From the human T2T-CHM13v2.0 reference genome, Homo sapiens: a stretch of 64,000 nt of DNA. This document shows positions 13,808-27,874 of this stretch, one piece after another. How positions within the stretch are numbered: position 1 is the first letter of the stretch; each line of letters starts with the position of its first letter. The stretch lies in NCBI RefSeq assembly GCF_009914755.1, contig NC_060938.1. The stretch is one strand, 5' to 3'. A model generated the notes under the pieces. The model saw only the letters and a program-made list of their open reading frames with translations, was not told the DNA's origin and did not search any database. The position numbers were made by a program, and so were the translations under genes.

Positions 13808-15157
13808 GTGCACTTCACATCCAATTCTTAGAACCACTTTCCTGTGAAATATTGATAAAATAATAAGAAAGATGGAATGAAAGTATAGAGAAATAAGGTA
13901 TAGGCCATGTCTTTATGAAACTCAAATGTCAACACTGAGATATATAATGAGCATTGAAGTGACATCCAATAATTTGGAAACATGCAGATGTCTGGCATCT
14001 TGCAGAAACACACTGGACAACTGACTGAGTTTTAAACCTCATTGTCATTGTATGTGTTAGCCATTTTGTCATCAACCAATAAGTTGAATAGTTACTTAAA
14101 ACTTATCATCATCATTGCCTCCGTTAATACCATTAAACATAAAGACACTGAAATTGAAAGGTGAAAAGATTTGCAAAGAGCATTTGGCCTCATGTTCTGA
14201 ACCTTGATGAGGACCTGAAACAGAATCACCTGTTTTGTGCAGCATTGTTGGTTCTTGTCCCAATATTTTTTCAGTCTAAATAAATTATATTCACTGATTC
14301 TCTTTTAAGTACTTATTTCATCCTACATATGACTTCTGAAATTAATTTTTAAATTATGATTTCCTCCTTAGCCCTTGGGTAATATAGAAAGAGATGACTG
14401 GCAGCTGACAAGGGTTCTTTCCAAATATGTGTTGGAGGCATAAAATGTAATAATAAGAACACTATTCTGTGCACCTGCAGCTGACTCTACTCCCCAACCC
14501 CCAAAGTGGGTCATGGGTTTCTCACGGCAGCTGGGCTGGATTTTCATTTGCTCATATGAACTCGCTTGTCCTTTGTCCCATGGGATTAATTATGCATAGA
14601 AGCAAATGGGGCTCTTGAGCTGCAGTGTGAGAGCTAAGTGGATAATGTAAGGATCCGCTGATGGTCTTGTCTTCCTCAGTGGAAGCTCATTGGAGTTCAG
14701 TAGACACAGCTGAAGCACAAAGTACAGCGAGCCAAAAACGGGATCCAGTCAGCTGAAAACGTAGAGGTTAATGCTAAACGCAGTCCTCAAATTAGATTAG
14801 GTTTTAGGAATTTACCCTATGGGCAGCAAAGCTTTATAAAGCTGAAGTGTGTGGGCGTTACTTTTTGTGACTATTTCTTATTTTGGTTCTCTAACAAAGC
14901 ATTTGGGGAGAAAACTTAGATCAGTTGTTTGTCTTTGTCTCTAGACACATTCCCCATGACTAGTACCATTATGAAAGAGAGGTGTTTGTATTTGCTTTAA
15001 ACATTTTTTCATTTACTATAACACGTATTTATATTCTTAAGGAGTATCAAAAATCACAAGATGAATTCATTTTTAACTGTGTAAAATATATATATATATG
15101 TCTTAAAACTTACAAAGTTGGTCTGACACCAAAATTTGTGTGTTCTTTTTTGAAAAG

Positions 15158-15695
<538 letters not shown>

Positions 15696-15938
15696 TCAGG
15701 AATTATCCTACATCCAGGTTTGGCAGTAGTCTTACGGGGCAATTTAGAAGTTTCTGGGAGTCATTGCGGCTCATTTTATATTCTTAGGTTAAATCCACTT
15801 ACGTAGAATTCACATTGACTTCTATAATTGTATGGTACTTGATGCTTTTTGTCTGGTAGCAGAAGAGATACCTATGAGGAAAGAAGGGAGGAGGAAGTAA
15901 ACGGACCCATGGGTGTGAACATAGGCTTTCTTTTGTAG

Positions 15939-16061
15939 GGAATAGGAGATACAAATTTGGCCCATCAGTGCTTCAGGCTGGCTCTGGTCAACAACAACAA
16001 CCACGCCGAGGCCTACAACAACCTGGCTGTGCTGGAGATGCGGAAGGGCCACGTTGAACAG
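15939..16061 (+). CDS. TTC8: TTC8 coding exon (123 nt): GIGDTNLAHQCFRLALVNNNNHAEAYNNLAVLEMRKGHVEQ
   Basis: ttttgtag|GGA acceptor and CAG|gtcagt donor; TPR motif AYNNLAVL. Confidence 0.96.
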
Positions 16062-16154
16062 GTCAGTGAACTGGCAGCGGCATGCTGGGCAGTCTGCTTT
16101 CTTCAGAGAAAAGCTGTCATGTGTGGTAGCATTACAGCGTATGTTATTTTAAAA

Positions 16155-17530
16155 TGAGCTCTAGAATCTGACAGGCGTGGATTTGAATCCCAGCTCTGTT
16201 GTGTATTAGCTGTGTGACCTTGGGACAAGTTACTTAACCATTCTGAGTCCAAAATAGAATGTTTGATTTTATTAGGACAAATCTGAGCCTCCCCAGTCTA
16301 CCCTATCTTAGTGAAGTGTTCTACCAGTCACCATCCCCTGTCTACTACATAACTGCTCAAGCCAAAATCCTTGGAGCCACCCCGAAACTTCTCTCTTTTT
16401 ATTGCTTCCCCCTGCCACACCTGCGCCCACATCATATTCAGCAAGCCCTGTCATTCTGACCTCAGAGTCCCATCACATTCTGAGCCTGGCCACCTTTCTC
16501 CATTCCCATGACCCTTCTTCAGACTGCTCTCATCTCTTGCATGGACTACTATGAGAGCCTCCTAGCTGGTCTTTTTGTTTCCACTTACATCAGCAAGTCA
16601 GTGCACTCTATGATACACTCTTCTCAGAACAACCTGAGAGATTTTTTTTAAAACCAAGACTGTTTAATACTACTTTGTTTAAAATCCTCTAGTGCCTTCT
16701 CCTTCAACTTGGAATAAAATCTGGACTTGAAACCGTGACTATGGCCTTTGAGGCCCCACGTGACCTGCCCTCTGGCTCCTGCTCAGACCACATCTTTTGC
16801 CACTCCTTCTTCCCCACTGACTTGCAGACACATCGCTGCCTTGCTGCTCTGCAGACAGACAGTGCTCTGTCTTCCTTTAGGGCCTTTGGAGTGTTCTTCC
16901 TTCAGATCTTGCAATGACAAATTTCTGTCTTGTCATTCAGGTCTTAGATTAAATGCCACCTTCTTAGAAAGGTCATCTCCCCCATCAGTCTAAAAGAGCC
17001 CTTGGGTGTTATCACATCTCTTACTTTTTTTCTTCACAGTATTTACCACTTTATCAGATATTTTCATATATATGTGTAGGATGTAGAATGTCAGCTGTAT
17101 GAAAAGAGTGACCATATCTGTCATGTAACTGTTATATTCCCAGCATCAGAAACAGTACCTGCCGTATGGTAGATGCTCAGTCAATATTTGTGGAATGAAT
17201 GGATGATACATAAAATAGAGTGTAACAGTAGTGATTTGAAGGGATTGTTTGTGAGTGTTAGATCATGCACTTGGCATAGTGGAAGCATAGTATGGAGCAC
17301 ATGGTAGATGCTTAATAAATTGTATTATTATAATGATATATGTAAAAGAAAAAGTTTAAAATACTAAATATGTTCATACAATGTTAGCAGCCATCAAGGG
17401 CAAATATTATTACATTCCCCACTTTGGAGATAAAGAAACGGAGGCTTCAGAAGGGTGAGTAACTTTACCCGAGGTCACAGACATGGCGAACAGCATGCCA
17501 GTACATTAGCCTGGTCTTCTAAGCACAATG
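16155..17530. mobile_element. MIR / L2 (~16280-17205, +) / MIR cluster
   Basis: MIR core tttgaatcccagctctg; L2 end atatttgtggaatgaatgga. Confidence 0.7.
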
Positions 17531-18634
17531 ATAAACTTTTAACAACAACAAGGAAAGAAAGGTCATTGGATGTTACCTTTATTGCATAAATTCTCCCAAA
17601 GTAAGGAAGATAGATTTGTAGTTTACAGACTGTTCTAAAATGGACACTTGTTTTGTCAGGAACTTTGCCTGTATTCATATGGTGAAACAAGTGATTTTTG
17701 TGATTTTTCTCTGTTCCCATATTGGTAATTTTCTTTTCCTCTTACTTACTGTAGTTTCTCTAGCATGCAATTGACTTGAAATGTTTTGGTGAAAGATTTC
17801 ATAATATGAACTTCATTTTATTAAAAATTATATCTTTCATTCTATATTAGCTTGATATCATTTTGTTTTCCATTAAAAAAGTTATACAAATTTGTCTTCA
17901 GGGTCATGGATAGAAGTTTTAGATGTAGCTACAAGTTGAGGGGTTGTTAGCAGTTTGTAATGTTGAATTTGTGGTCTTAATGAATGTATAAGCATCTCAT
18001 GCTGCTCAGTGGTCTCTGCATTGATGATCCTATGATCACAAAAAAAAAATGTGAATGTTATATTTTGAGTATCTTAGATAACAGAAAGCTTGTCATATTC
18101 AATTGCTGTCTCACTAACAAAACTGATCAGCACTATATTAAATACTTGCTCACTGTCATCCAGCACAGAATTTTGGGCTTTGAAATTTACAATGGTTTTT
18201 TTGGTTGTTATTACATTAAAGAAAAGGTAATTAGAGCCTGCTTAGTCAATCAACAGCAGTAAAAACTAGATTAAGTAGAATGTTGTAGTATTGAGAAGAT
18301 TGTATTTCAGATTGTATGTCATATTGAAATATAACCTTTATGAGAACATTGGTTCCCAAATAACTTTAAATGTACTCTGAATTTTCAGTTCTCTTATTTT
18401 CTGTGTCTTATGAAGCATTTATTATTAACATAATTTTGGCAAGGTATCAGTAGTTAATTGTATTTCATGAAGTCATTGTATTTCATGAGGAATGTTGTCG
18501 GTATTTATCACAGGCTCGTGTTATTAAAGTCCTGTCATAGGTAAAGAATTCTTTTACCAAAAAAAAAACACAAATATGGTGCTGATATATGTTCATACGC
18601 CTTTGGTTTTTCTTTTCTTTATTTTTATACACAG

Positions 18635-18718
18635 GCAAGGGCACTATTACAAACTGCATCATCATTAGCACCCCATATGTATGAACCGCATTTTAATTTT
18701 GCAACAATCTCTGATAAG
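18635..18718 (+). CDS. TTC8: TTC8 coding exon (84 nt): ARALLQTASSLAPHMYEPHFNFATISDK
   Basis: long pyrimidine tract, acag|GCA acceptor and AAG|gtattc donor. Confidence 0.95.
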
Positions 18719-20069
18719 GTATTCTCTTTCTTCATTAATTTATCATCTGATCTGTTCTTTTTTTTTCTTTGTTTTAAAAAAAGTACAAATAAATGAGGAA
18801 ATTCTAACCTCATCTTCCTGAAAGAAATGACTTTTTAAAACTCTTAATTACTGCATTTATTTATACATCTTTACTTCAAGGGACAGCATTTAAAACTTTT
18901 AATTTATTGCTGAATATTGACTAAACTCCATTATAGATTATAGAATTATTTTATGTTTTGAAATATGGCATTTAGTCATTGAAGAAATACTCACTTAATA
19001 ACTCCTGGTTTGGGAAATGTTTAGTTATTGGCTTTTACAGCAACAAAATCCTGTGCATTATTTGTAGATCATATTGCCACCAAGTTTCTGGTACAATTGC
19101 TGTAAAATTAGTGATATTCTAATGTGAAAACTATCTTAGCTATGAAGAATATGGGGGAAATAATACTGTGTTGCAAGTCAGTTAGTATCCGAAAGCTAAA
19201 GGGAACCACGTGCCATTTTTAACAATAAGAAAACAAGAAAAAGACATCTAATAACTAGCTTGTACTTGGAAGGTGAGTCTGTTTTGAGAATAAGGAAATG
19301 GCTAAAAATATTTGTGATATAAATTAGGGTCTTGATAGACCATAAGATATTTATAAAGATGTTATTCTTCATAGCATAAATATGAAGTCATCTACACTGT
19401 CATTTCTGTATTGAAAATAAAATAAACTGTCATTCATGAGTTGTAATTATTGAGCACCTGTAAGTACCAGCCACTGTTCTAGGTGCTTTAAATACTTTCT
19501 CTAATTCTCCCAACTACCCCGCCTTCCTCACTCATTTTTTTCATGACTGATGTTCTATTTATTGAGCCTTTGCTATATACCAGGCCCTGTTTTTGGCACA
19601 GAGGATGTAATGATGAGTAAAAGACAAAAACCTGTACCTCAAGCAGCTTAATTTCTAATGGAACCCAAGGCTTAAAGAGGTTAAAAGACTTCTGCGTCCC
19701 TTGGCAGTGGCAGATTTCAGATTCACACCCAGATCCCAGTGATGTCCATGTGTTTCCCACTGTACTGTGCTACTGCTTAGTTAGTTAAACCCCCAAGAGG
19801 GCTGGCTTACCTTCGGGAATAGCACCACATTTTAATAGTATATAACTCAAATGAGATATCTTCTTTAAGCAAAAGGCTGCACTTCCATAACAGAAAGCAG
19901 TATATTAAAAAGAAGTGCTATGATTTAAAAAAGGAAACTTAATTTCTGTTTTAATACGTATGTATTGTTACCAGAAATCTACCAGAATTTATCTAGATTT
20001 TTTGAGTGTATACATGAAAAAGCCTCTTCCTTTTTAGAACGTATCCATGAATCAAGATATACTCAACTG

Positions 20070-20253
20070 TAATTAATAATTTATTGTATATCCCAAAATA
20101 GCTAGAAGATTTGAAATATTCCCAACACAAAGAAATTATAAATGTTTGAGGTGACGGATACCCCAGTTACCCTGATTTGATCATTATACCTTGTATGCTT
20201 GTATAAAAATATTGCATGTACCTCATAAATATATTATTATGTATCAATAAAAA
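20070..20253 (+). mobile_element. L1MA-type extreme 3' end
   Basis: aaatgtttgaggtgacggataccccagttaccctgatttgatcatt...tcaataaaa. Confidence 0.8.
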
Positions 20254-20902
20254 GGATACATTCAGACAGTATATGTGTTTTTCTTTGGGAATTAATATAA
20301 AGTTCATTGAAAATCAGAGACATCCTTTATAAACTTTTAAAACCAGATATTTTCCCAACATTATTGTGCCAGCACCACTTAAAACCTCTCAAAACATGTT
20401 ATTATGCCTTAAATACAGCAGTTTTTGCTTAAATTTTCTGTCTAAAAGGTAACAACTCTAATCAAAATATATTTTTGTTTGTGGTACCTTACAGATAGTT
20501 TTCTCTAAGTTTTCTGAGCTATCTAGAGCTGGCTGTTTCAGCATGTAAATATCACTTTACGTTTATAATACTATCATCAGTGACAGGAAAAGAAAACATA
20601 GGTTTCTAAATTCATTACCAGACAGCTAGAAATTATTTATATAATTGGTTATTTTATCTTTCTCATGTATTTTTCAAGATTGAATTATAATCTAGAATTC
20701 TAAAATCAAAGTAGCATAATTAAGCAATTTGCCTTTAAGAACCCTTTGAGTTATGATGTTAGTTGTGGGTTTGTTAAAAAAAAAAGAAAAGAACCCTTTG
20801 AATTTCTACAGCATGCAGATACTATGTCTTATTTTCTTTTTTACTTCCTTACTCATTTTTTTCTGATCTCATTCCATGGTCTTATTCTTGTATTTTTTGC
20901 AG

Positions 20903-21019
20903 ATTGGAGATCTGCAGAGAAGCTATGTTGCTGCGCAGAAGTCTGAAGCAGCATTTCCAGACCATGTGGACACACAACATTTAATTAAACAATTAAGGCA
21001 GCATTTTGCTATGCTCTGA
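20903..21019 (+). CDS. TTC8: TTC8 terminal coding exon: IGDLQRSYVAAQKSEAAFPDHVDTQHLIKQLRQHFAML*
   Basis: ttttgcag|ATT acceptor; TGA at 21017-21019; matches the recalled BBS8 C-terminus. Confidence 0.96.
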   Translation: MGDLQRSYVAAQKSEAAFPDHVDTQHLIKQLRQHFAML

Positions 21020-21427
21020 TTGTTCCTTAGACCACATATGTTCTTATGAAGCAGCATTATGCAAGGGGAAAAAAGCACTATGTCTGTGTATGTATGTATA
21101 TAGTGTAATACGTATATTTTAACAAACCTGTCCTTGATATTAGTTAAGGTGACACATAAGGGTGACACAGAATGTGTAATGCAAATTTCATAGTAATAGT
21201 AACTTTATAAAATAATATTATAAAATACAGGATTTAAACCTTTCTAAATAGATCCTGAAACTGTCTCTCACATTATATAGTAGATGTTTGTTTATAATGT
21301 TTACAAAACATTTTGGTGAATTTCCTCAATGTTTTATAAATGTACATTTTTTAAGTCCTTAAGCTGACTCTTAGCCATCATGTAGCTTAAGGAGTCTGAA
21401 ATCTGCCATTAAAACTGCACCTTTAAG

Positions 21428-21488
21428 CCAGGTGTGGTAGCATGTGCCTATAGTCCCAGCTACTTGGGAGGTGGAGGTGGGAGGATTA
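21428..21488 (+). mobile_element. Alu fragment inside the TTC8 3' UTR
   Basis: gccaggtgtggtagcatgtgcctatagtcccagctacttgggagg. Confidence 0.85.
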
Positions 21489-21573
21489 TAAATAGAGACT
21501 TTCCTTAAGACTTTAAAAATGTATTTAAAACTATTTTTTATTAAATACTTTGTGATTTCCTATTAAGCTTTAA

Positions 21574-21579
21574 AATAAA
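21574..21579 (+). terminator. Polyadenylation signal AATAAA
   Basis: AATAAA with CA dinucleotides ~15-20 nt downstream, then a U-rich tract; ATTAAA variants at 21408 and 21540. Confidence 0.75.
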
Positions 21580-22364
21580 TCATTGTGTAAAACACCATCA
21601 TTTCATTATTTTTTAATGAGTTTTTATTTTAGTCATCTCAGGTGAAACAGGTTTTACAGAAGTCCAGTAATCTTAGAAATCATCATTATTTTAATTTTAT
21701 TTCAAATGATATACCACCAATTCTGTTTTTTCCTAAAAAGTGATTTATGGGATGTCACATTATTAATAATAAGAATATTCAGATTAGAAATAGAGTCACA
21801 GGCCAGGAGTCCCACTTCTGGTCAGCCACAGCACGGAAGTCAGCAATATTCCAGTACCATGCATGGCATAGCAGCCTTAGAAAGGCTCTTGAACTTTTCT
21901 CTGCCTTATTTAGTGGAACTCTTATTAAAGTGTTCACACAAGGAAATGTGTTAATGGGACAGGACCACTCAAACTCATACTTTGGACTTTGGGACCTCCA
22001 TGTTATTTTTCATTTTTTTAACTTCATGAAAACTATTTGATAGATACTTCTATTCTTTTCAGATTTGTATAAATTGTATACTCAGCTGAGAGAACAAAAA
22101 AATTGAATTCAAGGAATGATAGCTTGCTCAAGGCTAGCATTCACTACAGACAAGAAAGCAAGGCCCCGCGTCACATCCATAGCTGCAGCCCAAGGTCTTG
22201 TTCCTGCACCTTAGACTTGAACCTTTCTTGGTTCTCTGTGATGTGTTAGTGTTTATTTAGCCCTTGAGAATTTCCTCAGGTACTATCACATTTCCTAATA
22301 TCGTAGTCAATATTTAGATTCAAATGGTATAATGTGAATCATTTTCTTAATTTAAAATAAGAGC

Positions 22365-22590
22365 TAATAAGAATGGCTGAACATTTACTGAGGATGTTAA
22401 ATATGCCCACTGTTCTGAGCTCTTTATGGGAATGAATTCATTTCATTCTCACCGTAGTCCTATGCAGGCTGTTATTCCATTTTACTTATGAGAATACTGA
22501 GGCATAGTAAAAAGCTTATTGAACTAGTAGTAAGTGCCAAAGATTCAGGTTTAGGCAGCGTGGCCTCTTGAGTGTGTGCTCTTAATCACT
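22365..22590 (-). mobile_element. MIR
   Basis: acatttactgagg...attccattttacttatgagaatactgaggc. Confidence 0.65.
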
Positions 22591-23259
22591 AGGTCAAATC
22601 ACCTCTCTCTGTTTCTGCTGTAAATAAATCTACTACCATTTAAAATGAACATTGTGTGCATTAGGAAAGTTGAATAATAAGGGAATATTAACACAGCAAA
22701 AAATAAATGATTCCATTTTCCTAAGGTGATATGGAGGGATTTTGTCTTGAATTTATGTGAATTCAGTGTGAGCATGAAGGCAAAGAATGAGTCACAGTGG
22801 CTCAGGGCAGAATGATGACATAGCACCGTGGATGACTGTATCAGAAGCGACATTCAGGATGTCTTTGTAACAACATTTCCTATGGACTGCGTAACTTCTG
22901 GCTTCTGTGCCAACATTTCTGTAGAAAGAACACAAAAAATACTAATAATTGTTTTCCAGTTTTCCACTGTGGCTAAAGAGGTGCTCAATCCATAAATACA
23001 AATTGCTCAACCAAAATTCATATCATCGAGCATATTTCCAACTGATGAAAATGAGATCTGGCAAGAAGGCTTCCTGCGCTAAAACATTACTGAGGTTAGA
23101 AGTTCTTCCTTTTTTACAAATGTGTCATGGCTGAGCCAGTCCCCATAGTGATAACTCTTCCATTGCATTTCTGAGTGCTTTTTCCCAGGCTCAGATTATC
23201 TATCAGGATACAATTTATGGCCTACAGATAAGAAAATTAATAAAGGTAACGTGTCACTA

Positions 23260-23578
<319 letters not shown>

Positions 23579-24691
23579 GTCTCTACACTTTTAGTTTCCA
23601 CCACCAACCCTTTACTACAATGAGGGATTTCTGTCAGGGTCTTTCAGCTGGGATTGAATTTAAGCATTCAGAAAACAAATATTTTAGAAAGGCTGGCAGG
23701 ACTAAACCTTAGAAAATAACCCAGAAATCAAGTGTAGGAAAAAAAGCCATCACCAAATAATTTTGTATTCTAGGAAATAGAGAAATTGGAATGTTCCATG
23801 TTTATGTTCCTTGCAGAGTTCCAAAATGGTCATCTAGGCTCAGATTTGAGGGGGAAACATTTATTTAGCAATTTGAAAATAACTGCACTTTCATATCTAT
23901 CCATATAGATGGCATTCGTCCTATTTTTAGCTAAATAAAAACAACATTTTTGAGAGAGACTATTATTTCACTTCTTTGATGTCAAAGCCAGTCCTTGAAA
24001 TGAAAGAATAGACATGTTGTTATAATCCTTGGGAACTATGTTTCTTGCAATGTGATCCTTTTCTTTACCTGAATCTAATTCTGACTAATAAGGGAAAGTG
24101 GATTGTTAAGTGAAAACAACGGGAACTCTTGGTGAAAGCAACCGTGTTGTCTTGGAGAAGAGGCTAGACCTAAACAGATTTTAGGAAGAATTTTGTTTTC
24201 TTTTTAAATCAGAAAGAGAGACCCTCTTCCAATATTTGAAACTCAAGTTTTTATGGACTCCAGCACCTTGCAACTGTCACCGCCCCCAAACCCCACCCCT
24301 CTTCTGGTCTAATAGCTTCAATTTATTTCTCTCTACTGGATTATGTCTTTTTTAAAAATCACATTTCCTTTAAGCCTGCCTCCCTTTTTAAAAATAGACA
24401 ATATAACTGTTTATTAAAATAAAGGAAGAGAAAGAAAATAACCTGAAAAGGAAACTCATAAAAGAAATTAAAATGGTTGATAAACATATGTAACAAAAAA
24501 AATTTGATAACAGAATGAAATTAATTCAAGAGAAAGATACATTTTTAACCTCTTCAGAGAACAAAGATTTGAAATGTTTATTATATATGAGGTGAAGGTA
24601 CTGTCAAAATTCACTGTTGGGCATATATATCATTACAATCTTGAGAGTAGTGTGGCAAATTTTATTAAATTCCTTCCATTTCTCTTGTGTG

Positions 24692-25106
24692 TTTTTTTTT
24701 TCTTCCACTTTTAAGTTCCAGGGTGTATGTGCAGGATGTGCAGGTTTGTTACATAGGTAAATGTGTGCCATGGTGGTTTGCTGCACAGATCAACCCATCA
24801 CCTAGGTATTAAGCCCAGCATCCATTAGCTATTCTTCCTGATGTTCTCCCTACCTCTACTGTCCCCACAACAGGCCCCAGTGTGTGTTGTTCCCCACCAT
24901 GTGTCCATGTGTTCTCATTGTTCAGCTCCCACTTATAAGTGAGAACATGTGGTGTTTGGTTTTCTGTTCCTGCATTAGTTTACTGAGGATAATGGCTTCC
25001 AGCTCCATCCATGTCCCTGCAAAGTACATGATCTCTTTCCATTTTATGGCTGCAGAGTATTCCATGGTGTATACGTACCACATTTTCTTTATCCAGTCTA
25101 TCCTTG
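24692..25106 (-). mobile_element. Old L1PA 3' end
   Basis: gtgcaggtttgttacataggtaaatgtgtgccatggtggtttgctgcac. Confidence 0.9.
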
Positions 25107-25394
25107 ATAAAACCTGCCCCCTTTTCTAGTACCACCCTATCTCCTTTGTCACAGGTCTTGAAAGGCTAGATGACTTTTGTTACCTACTTCCTCATCTTTC
25201 ATTCATTCCTCAACCTCTTTAATCTGGAGTCTACTTCTACCACTCTAGAAACTGCTTTCACTGAGGTCACCAGTAGCTCCCAACCCAGAGGTCGCTTTTT
25301 TAACATGACTTTTTTGAGATATTGTTCATGTACTATATGACTCCTCTTTTTTAAAAAAAAGTATACCCAGTGGTTTTTAATATATTCACAGTTA

Positions 25395-26053
<659 letters not shown>

Positions 26054-27166
26054 AATTTTTTTCTCATCATCCCCCAAAGGAATCTCATACCCATTAATAG
26101 TCACTTTCCATAGCCCCACAATCCCGTCCCTATCCCTGACTGTAGCCCTGGGCAACCACTAATCTACTTTGCTTCTCTATAAATATACTGTATTAGTCTG
26201 TTCTCACACTGCTATGAAGAAATACCCAAGACTTAGTAACTTATAAAGAAAAGAGGTTTAATTGACTTCAGCGTGGCTGGGAAGGCCTCAGGAAACTTAC
26301 AATTATGGTGGAAGGCACCTCTTCACAGGGCGTCAGGAGAGAGAATGAGTGCCAAGCAAAGGGGACAGCCCCTTATAAAACCATCAGCTCTCATGAGAAC
26401 TCACTATCACGAGAACAGCATGATGGAAACTGCCCCCAGGATTCAATCATTTCCACCTGGTCCTGCCTTTGACACAAGATGAGATTTGGGTGGAGACACA
26501 GCCAGGCCATATCATTCTGCCCCTGGCCCCTCCCAAATCTCATGTCCTCATGTTTCAAAACATAATCATGATCTTTCAACAGTCCCCCAAAGTCTTACCT
26601 CATTCCAGCGTGAACCTAAAAATCCAAGTCCAAAGTCTTACCTGAGACAAAGCAAGTCTCTTCCACCTGTGAGCCTGTAAAATCAAAACCAAGTTAGTTA
26701 CTTCCTAGATACAATGGAGGTACAGGCATTGGGTAAATACACCCATTGCAAGTGAGAGAAATTGGCCGAAACAAAGGGGCCACAGTCCCCATGTAAGTCC
26801 AAAATCCAATAAGGCAGGAATTAAACCTTAAAGCTCCTAAATAATCTTTTTTGACTCCATGTTTCACATTCAGGTCATGCTGATACAAGAGATGGGCTCC
26901 CAAGGCCTTGGGCAGCAGCTTCACCCCTGTGGCTTTGCAGGATACAGCCCCCCTCCCAGCTGCTTTCATGGGCTGGCATTGAGTGTCTGTGGCTTTTCCA
27001 GGCACACGATGCAAGCTGGTGGATCTACTATTCTGGGGTCTGGAGCATGGTGGCCCTCTTCTCACAGCTCTTCTAAGCAATGCCCCAGTGGGGACTCTGT
27101 GTGGGGGCTACAACCCCACATTTCCCTTCCACACTGCCCTAGCAGAGGTTCTCTATGAGGGCCCCT

Positions 27167-27677
27167 TGATGAACTCAGTATACCACTGGCGGCTCTATGA
27201 GTAAATAGCAAACTGTTCTCATGAAAGCAGGTTGTTAGCAAACTGACAAACTGCGTCTGCTGCCCAGAAGGAATGCTGAGGGCAGTCACGCCCAAAGCAC
27301 AGTGTTTCTTGTGATTAGGCACATCTGAAGCCTGTTAGCAATAATGTGAACCTGTGATCAATCAAGCAGCTGACCAATCATTACTTCCTCCTCCCTGCTC
27401 TTTCTACCCAATAAATATGAAGGGCTGTAGAAGCTCAGGACGGCTGCCTTTGCTCACTAGAAGCAGGGAGCTCTCTTCTTCTTCCCCCGGCCCCTTCCCT
27501 TAAAACAGTTTCTTTTGTTTTAAGTTTTCATTTCTGCGTTTGTCCCCCTTCATTCAGCCTTGTAATGACAGTCTCAAGTAGGAACAGTAATAACGGTTGT
27601 AATGACGGTCTCAAGTAGTAACAGTAGTAATGGTCATAGTGATGCTCTCAAGTAGTAACTGTTACAAGTCTGCCACA
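27167..27677 (+). mobile_element. ERV LTR (family not identified) nested in the MaLR internal region
   Basis: CCAAT, AATAAA-like box and ends ctgccaca; interrupts MaLR-int. Confidence 0.7.
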
Positions 27678-27874
27678 CTTTTCCATACATCCTCTGAAAT
27701 CTAGGTGGAGGTTCCGAAACCTCAATTTTTGTCTTCTGCACACCTGCAAACCAACACCATGTGGAAGCTGCCAAGGATTGGGGCTTGCACCCTCTGAAGC
27801 AATGGCCTAAGCTGTACCTTGGCCTCTTTTAGCCATGGCTGGAGCGGCTGAGACACATCGCACCAAGTCTGGAG

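Larger units (their letters stand above)
21020..21600 (+). other. TTC8: TTC8 3' UTR (end approximate)
   Basis: AU-rich stretch between the stop codon and the AATAAA with its downstream U-rich element. Confidence 0.75.

Noticed and set aside
22812-22920. Box C/D snoRNA (ATGATGA)
   Set aside because: No CTGA D box or terminal stem at a suitable distance; not intronic
27561-27677. CRISPR-like array of 37-bp units
   Set aside because: Head-to-tail tandem units without unique spacers, inside an LTR in primate DNA
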